Below the pieces are notes generated by a model. It worked only from the letters and a program-made list of their open reading frames with translations, was not told the origin of the DNA and made no database searches. A program made the position numbers and the translations under genes. DNA of 64,000 nt from contig CAVSGM010000003.1 in assembly GCA_963727485.1 (NCBI GenBank), positions 192,001-256,000 on the forward strand, given 5' to 3'. This document shows, one piece after another, positions 58,627-64,000 of the stretch; the stretch's first letter is position 1, and each line of letters opens with the position of its first letter. This stretch comes from an uncultured delta proteobacterium (GTDB lineage: Bacteria; Myxococcota; Myxococcia; SLRQ01).

Positions 58627-59580
58627 ATGAAGCTCCGCTCGCCCCGAAGCTCCACCCGACGGGTCACTGTGATCGTGGCGTTTGCGTTCTCCGCCCTGGC
58701 GATGGGCTGCAGCAGTGGGTCCCAGGGCCCCGCCGGCGCCACCGGTCCGGCCGGCCCCCAGGGCCCTGCCGGTCCCGCCGGCCCTGCGGGTCCCGCCGGT
58801 CCCGCCGGCGCCACCGGTCCCACGGGCGCCACCGGTCCCGTGGGCCCCGCCGGGGTCGCCTTCAAGGCCACCACCATCGTCAGCCCCGGGGCCACCCCCG
58901 CGGACAGCGGCGCCAACCTCGCGGCGGCCCTCGCCGCGGCGCCGACCCCCTGCGCGATCTTCATCGAGCCCGGGGACTACGACATCGGCGCCACCGCCCT
59001 CCACCTCCCCTCCAACTGCACCGTCGCCGGCGCCGGGGTGGGCAAGACCACCCTCGAGCACACCGGCGGTGGGGGCGTGGTCCTCTACCTCAACACCACC
59101 CTCCGGGACGTGTCCCTGAGGTTCGACTACGGCAGCGGGATCGCCACCGTGGTCGCCGCGGACCTGACCCAGCCCAGCGCCGCGCTCCAGGACGTGTCCA
59201 TCCAGGTCACCGACGGCGCGGCGACCTCCGAGCCGCTGGTCCGGGGCTCCGGGACCCTCTTCCACGTGGACGCCACCACCAGCACCGGCAGCCGGGGGAA
59301 CTTCGGCGTCAGCGTCCCCGCCGACGGGAAGATGACCCTCGTCGACTGCACCGTCCAGGCGGGCTCGGCGATCATCGTGGGGACCAAGGGCGAGGCCATC
59401 ATCCGGGGCAGCGTCCTCGACGGCGGGGTGGCGATCTCCAACATCGCGAGCCAGACCGTGATCCACGTGGCCGACTCGGAGATCCAGGGGACGATCCTCG
59501 GGAGCTCCACCAGCACCCCGCCGACCTGCGTGGGCACCTACGACGCCGCGTTCACGGCGCTCGGCACCCACTGCGCGTGA
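58627..59580 (+). CDS. Collagen-repeat lipoprotein, paralog 3
   Basis: AMG-C; about 16 Gly-X-Y; IEPGDY; ends CVGTYDAAFTALGTHCA. Confidence 0.85.
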   Translation: MKLRSPRSSTRRVTVIVAFAFSALAMGCSSGSQGPAGATGPAGPQGPAGPAGPAGPAGPAGATGPTGATGPVGPAGVAFKATTIVSPGATPADSGANLAAALAAAPTPCAIFIEPGDYDIGATALHLPSNCTVAGAGVGKTTLEHTGGGGVVLYLNTTLRDVSLRFDYGSGIATVVAADLTQPSAALQDVSIQVTDGAATSEPLVRGSGTLFHVDATTSTGSRGNFGVSVPADGKMTLVDCTVQAGSAIIVGTKGEAIIRGSVLDGGVAISNIASQTVIHVADSEIQGTILGSSTSTPPTCVGTYDAAFTALGTHCA

Positions 59581-59614
59581 CCCGGGCCGGGGCCGCCGCT
59601 ACACTGGCGGCCCC

Positions 59615-60508
59615 GTGGCCCCGCCCCGCCTCCACCTCGTCGACGGAACCTACGAGCTCTTCCGCGCCTTCTACGGGAAGCGCCCGGACCACCGCACCCC
59701 GGACGGCCAGCCCGCCAAGGCGGTGGTGGGGCTCGCGGGCTCGCTGCTCTCGCTCCTCGACGACGAGGCTGAGGCGGTCACCCACCTCGCCGTGGCCTTC
59801 GACCGGCCCATCGAGTCGTTCCGCAACGAGGTCTTCGCCGGCTACAAGACCGGCGAGGGGATGGACCCCGAGCTGGTGGCCCAGATGGTCCCCGCCGAGG
59901 AGGCGGTCCGGGCCCTGGGCATCCCCGTGTGGGTCATGGACCGGTGGGAGGCCGACGATGCCCTGGCGAGTGCCGCGGCCCGCTTCGCCGGCGAGGTGCG
60001 CCAGGTGCGCCTGCTCACCCCGGACAAGGACCTGGCCCAGTGCGTGGTCGGCGACGAGGTGGTGCAGGTGGATCGACTCCGGGAGACGGTGCGCACCGCC
60101 GAGGGGGTGAAGGCGAAGTTCGGCGTCGACCCCGCGTCCATCCCCGACTGGCTGGCCCTGGTGGGCGACGCCGCCGACGGCATCCCCGGGATCCCCGGCT
60201 TCGGCGCCAAGACCGCGGCGACGTTGCTGGCGTACTACGGCCACCTGGAGGCCATCCCCGACGACGCGCTCGCCTGGTCGGTGAAGGTCCGGGGCGCGGA
60301 CAAGCTGGCCAAGACGCTGCGCGAGCGCCGGGAGGACGCCGGGCTCTACAAGCGCCTGGCGACGCTCGCGACCGACGTGCCGCTGGCCGAGTCCCTCGCC
60401 GACCTCGCCTGGCGTGGGGTGCCCCGGGCGCGCTTCGAGGCCTGGTGTGAGCAGGTGGGGAGCCGGACCCTCGCCGGCCGGGCCCGGCACCTCACGGGCG
60501 CCGGCTGA
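59615..60508 (+). CDS. Stand-alone 5'-3' exonuclease/flap endonuclease
   Basis: LVDG..FRAFY, FRNEVFAGYK, EADDALA, DKDLAQ, ALVGDAADGIPGIPGFGAKTA. Confidence 0.92.
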   Translation: MAPPRLHLVDGTYELFRAFYGKRPDHRTPDGQPAKAVVGLAGSLLSLLDDEAEAVTHLAVAFDRPIESFRNEVFAGYKTGEGMDPELVAQMVPAEEAVRALGIPVWVMDRWEADDALASAAARFAGEVRQVRLLTPDKDLAQCVVGDEVVQVDRLRETVRTAEGVKAKFGVDPASIPDWLALVGDAADGIPGIPGFGAKTAATLLAYYGHLEAIPDDALAWSVKVRGADKLAKTLRERREDAGLYKRLATLATDVPLAESLADLAWRGVPRARFEAWCEQVGSRTLAGRARHLTGAG

Positions 60509-60607
60509 CCCGAACTGGGTAGTCCCGTGCGGTGGACGCCCGTGGAGGTGGCCCCTTATCGTGGCGTCCCACTCACGCCGGGCTCCCAGGCCCGGAAAGG
60601 AGCCTCC
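60509..60607 (+). promoter_or_regulatory. Leader shared with paralog 3
   Basis: gtggccccttatcgtggcgtcccactc..gggct..ggcccggaaaggagcc. Confidence 0.7.
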
Positions 60608-61540
60608 ATGGCGCTCGCCAGCCAGCAGGTCACTCGCCGCCGCATCCTGCCGCTTCTCGCCCTCTGCGCCCTCGGCCTCACCGGAGGCTGCACCGGGCAG
60701 GCGGGCCCGGCCGGAGCCACCGGAGCCACCGGACCCGCGGGGCCCGCCGGACCTGCCGGGGCCACGGGGCCCGCCGGACCTGCCGGGGCCACGGGGCCCG
60801 CGGGACCCGCCGGCCCCGCCGGGGTGATGTTCAGCTCGACGACCGTGGTCAACACCGGGGCCACGGACCTGGCGGCCACCCTCGCGGGCTGCCAGCCCAA
60901 GCACCTCATCTGGATCGAGCCCGGCACCTACACCCTGGACCAGGCCGCGGTGACCGTACCCGCCGGGTGCACCGTGGTCGGCGCCGGCAGCGCGGCCACG
61001 CAGCTCGTGCTCCCCGACAACGGGGGCCTCACCCTGGGCGCCTCGGTGGAGCTGCGCAGCCTCTCCGTGTCGGGGAAGCACACGACGACCACCACCCCGG
61101 TGCCCGTGATCGACCTGGATGCGGGCGGCACCGACGTGCTCCAGGACGTCGCGGTGGTCGCCTCCACCGGCAGCGGCGTCACCAACGCCACGGGGCTCCA
61201 CGGACCCGGGAGGCTGACCCACGTGCAGGCCACCGTGCAGAGCGCCAACGCGGCCGCCGTCGCCGTGGCGTCCGGGACCAACGGCCAGCTGACCCTCGAG
61301 GGGTGCACCGTCCGCGGGGGCACCGCCCTGAACGTGAGCCAGGGCGCCACCGTCGAGGTCCGGGGCAGCGTCCTCAACGGCGCGAGCTACGCCTTCTACC
61401 AGTACGCCTCCGGGACCACCCTCGACATCGCCAACAGCAAGGTGGTGGGCCCCACCGGCCACGGCTCGTCCGCCGGGCCCCTCGTCTGCATCGGGGACTA
61501 CAGCGCCACCTACGCGCCCCTGAGCAGCGTGTGCCGCTAA
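60608..61540 (+). CDS. Collagen-repeat lipoprotein, paralog 4
   Basis: TGG-C; about 15 Gly-X-Y; IEPGTY; ends [17 protein letters not shown]. Confidence 0.85.
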   Translation: MALASQQVTRRRILPLLALCALGLTGGCTGQAGPAGATGATGPAGPAGPAGATGPAGPAGATGPAGPAGPAGVMFSSTTVVNTGATDLAATLAGCQPKHLIWIEPGTYTLDQAAVTVPAGCTVVGAGSAATQLVLPDNGGLTLGASVELRSLSVSGKHTTTTTPVPVIDLDAGGTDVLQDVAVVASTGSGVTNATGLHGPGRLTHVQATVQSANAAAVAVASGTNGQLTLEGCTVRGGTALNVSQGATVEVRGSVLNGASYAFYQYASGTTLDIANSKVVGPTGHGSSAGPLVCIGDYSATYAPLSSVCR

Positions 61541-61551
61541 GAGGGTCGCCG

Positions 61552-61986
61552 GTGCCCACCCTCGATCCCGAGCTCCTCCCCCCCGCCGACGCGCGGGGGG
61601 AGGTTCGGTTCAGCGGCATCACCGAGCCCACCGCCGCCGAGGAGGCCGCCACCGCGACCCTGAAGGCGGCCCTGGGCCACGGCTACGTCAGCGTCCGGTC
61701 CCGCATGGGTCCGCACTGGAGCTGCACCTTCGAGCTCACGTGGCCAGACGGCCCCACCGCGCCGGCGCTCCCCGTGGACCACGACAAGGTGAAGGCGTTC
61801 CTCGAGACCCACGGCTTCGAGCCCACCGGGCGGTTCCTCCTCGGGGGCACCTTCGGCGACGTCCGGGTGACCGAGTACCTGGGCCTCGTCGGCGAGCTGC
61901 GCACGGTGCTGCTCCTGCCCTGCCCCGAGGACCTGGACGCCGAGGGCGTCCTCCACCTCGCCTACTTCCGGCCCCAGGGTCCCTAG
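61552..61986 (+). CDS. Hypothetical protein
   Basis: Host-like codon usage; GTG 12 bp after paralog 4 stop. Confidence 0.55.
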   Translation: MPTLDPELLPPADARGEVRFSGITEPTAAEEAATATLKAALGHGYVSVRSRMGPHWSCTFELTWPDGPTAPALPVDHDKVKAFLETHGFEPTGRFLLGGTFGDVRVTEYLGLVGELRTVLLLPCPEDLDAEGVLHLAYFRPQGP

Positions 61987-62016
61987 CCGCTCCCCGGCCG
62001 CCGGCCCCTCCGCGCG

Positions 62017-62265
62017 TCAGTCCCCGCGCGGGACGACCCGGGAGAGGAACGCCTCGAGGCCGGCGGCGTACGCCCTGACCGCGGCGGCGGTGGCGCGAAG
62101 GTCGCCGCGCCACTCCAGGGCCCGCTGGGCGTAGTGGAGCAGGGGCAGGGTCGACCGGTAGGCCAGCCCCGGGAAGACGAGCGCCAGGGTGTCGCTGCCG
62201 CCCTCGGCGGGGAGGAAGGTCTGGGGGAGCGCGGGGCCGGGTCCGGGCATGCCGCCTCCGGTCAT
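62017..62265 (-). pseudogene. Probable internally deleted alpha/beta-hydrolase remnant
   Basis: LALVFPGLAYRSTLPLLHYA joined directly to LEWRGD..AAGLEAFL; ATGA-coupled to TauE gene. Confidence 0.4.
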
Positions 62266-62999
62266 AGGGCCTGGTACAGCAGCACCCCGGCGATGACCAC
62301 CAGGAAGCCGTTGAGCACCAGCCGGAAGCCCCGGGGGTCCAGGCGCCGGACGACCTTCCGCCCGGTGAGCACCCCGGCCAGGGCGCTGACGGCGAACACC
62401 GCCACCAGGGGCCCGTCGCCCGCGGTGAGGACCCCGGTGGCGATGTAGGCCGGGAGCTTCACCAGCTGCATCCCCAGGGCGAAGACCGCCACGGTGCCCA
62501 CGAAGGTCTCGCCCGAGAGCCCGTAGCCCTTGAAGGTGATGGCGGCGATGGGGCCCGCCATGGAGCACAGGCCGCTGACGAAGCCCACGGTGCCGGTGAG
62601 GGCCGGCAGCGCCTTCTTGCTCACCGGGATGGGCCGGCGCAGCCACAGCTCTACCGCCAGGGAGGCGATCACCAGGGCGGCGATGGCGAGCTTGAGGATC
62701 CGCTCGTCGACCCGGCTGGTGAGCAGGGCCCCCCCGAGGGCCAGCGGCAGGGCGGTGGCGGCGGCGAGGAGGGCCGTCCGGCGGTCGATGGCCTTCCAGA
62801 AGGCCACCGTCTTGAACGCGTTGTTGGCCACCAGCACCGTGGCGGCGACGCCGATGGCCTGGGCGGCGGGCAGGCGCATCATCAGCACCGGGGTGAGGAT
62901 CAGGGCCCCGCCGATCCCCGCGGTGGAGGAGAGGAGGAAGCCCAGGTAGGAGACGGCCACCGCGAAGATGAGGAACCCGTAGGAGACGCCGTCGATCAT
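62262..62999 (-). CDS. TauE/SafE sulfite-exporter family membrane protein
   Basis: [18 protein letters not shown], two inverted TM repeats, GFVSGL..AGP. Confidence 0.85.
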   Translation of the reverse strand: MIDGVSYGFLIFAVAVSYLGFLLSSTAGIGGALILTPVLMMRLPAAQAIGVAATVLVANNAFKTVAFWKAIDRRTALLAAATALPLALGGALLTSRVDERILKLAIAALVIASLAVELWLRRPIPVSKKALPALTGTVGFVSGLCSMAGPIAAITFKGYGLSGETFVGTVAVFALGMQLVKLPAYIATGVLTAGDGPLVAVFAVSALAGVLTGRKVVRRLDPRGFRLVLNGFLVVIAGVLLYQAL

Positions 63000-63100
63000 G
63001 GCGCGGCAGGATAGTCCGGATCCCCGGGGCCGCGAGCGTGGGGAGGGGCCCTGCCGCCGCGGCCCTTTACCTGGGCGGGCCCCCGGCATTAGGTAGGCCC

Positions 63101-64000
<900 letters not shown>

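Noticed and set aside
56733..61540. Prophage tail cluster, DGR or integron
   Set aside because: Genes have lipoprotein signals; no phage structural genes, reverse transcriptase, TR/VR pair, integrase or attC pattern.

Overview
Very GC-rich bacterial chromosomal segment whose gene set points to a Myxococcota/deltaproteobacterial organism (inference from Cys-rich lipoproteins, a J-domain/TPR protein and a long-form HflX). Many conserved genes are split by single-base indels, densest at 1-3200 and 6600-7900, which looks like long-read assembly error. Order along the window: surface-polysaccharide locus (DegT aminotransferase, CapD/PglF, Wzc, UXS, WecC-like, Ugd, ligase/polymerase-TPR); J-domain gene, yhbY, hflX; proB-[insert]-proA-rsfS-rlmH-comF; Cys-rich lipoprotein; histone H1-like gene; NFACT, HExxH protease, DedA; an MCP fused to a family-5 solute-binding domain; astA/astD-like; peroxiredoxin; archaeal-type GAPDH-like gene; pcnB with long disordered tails; tryptophanase-family lyase; acyl-CoA ligase; GNAT/M20; CDF; gatCAB; four paralogous collagen/beta-helix lipoproteins; partial mtnA. 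Best candidates for something new: (1) a dispersed ~65-100 bp quasi-palindromic non-coding element with a TGGGATAC core, in four copies (12.6 kb, twice at 18.9-19.05 kb, 27.2 kb), whose densest cluster lies directly upstream of two coupled ribbon-helix-helix genes inserted between proB and proA; (2) the collagen-stalk/beta-helix lipoprotein array with a shared C-terminal Cys motif and a duplicated leader; (3) the MCP-SBP fusion; (4) a candidate structured element at 42.0-42.1 kb; (5) a probable ATC start for hflX. No tRNA, rRNA, CRISPR array, integrase or transposase was recognised.
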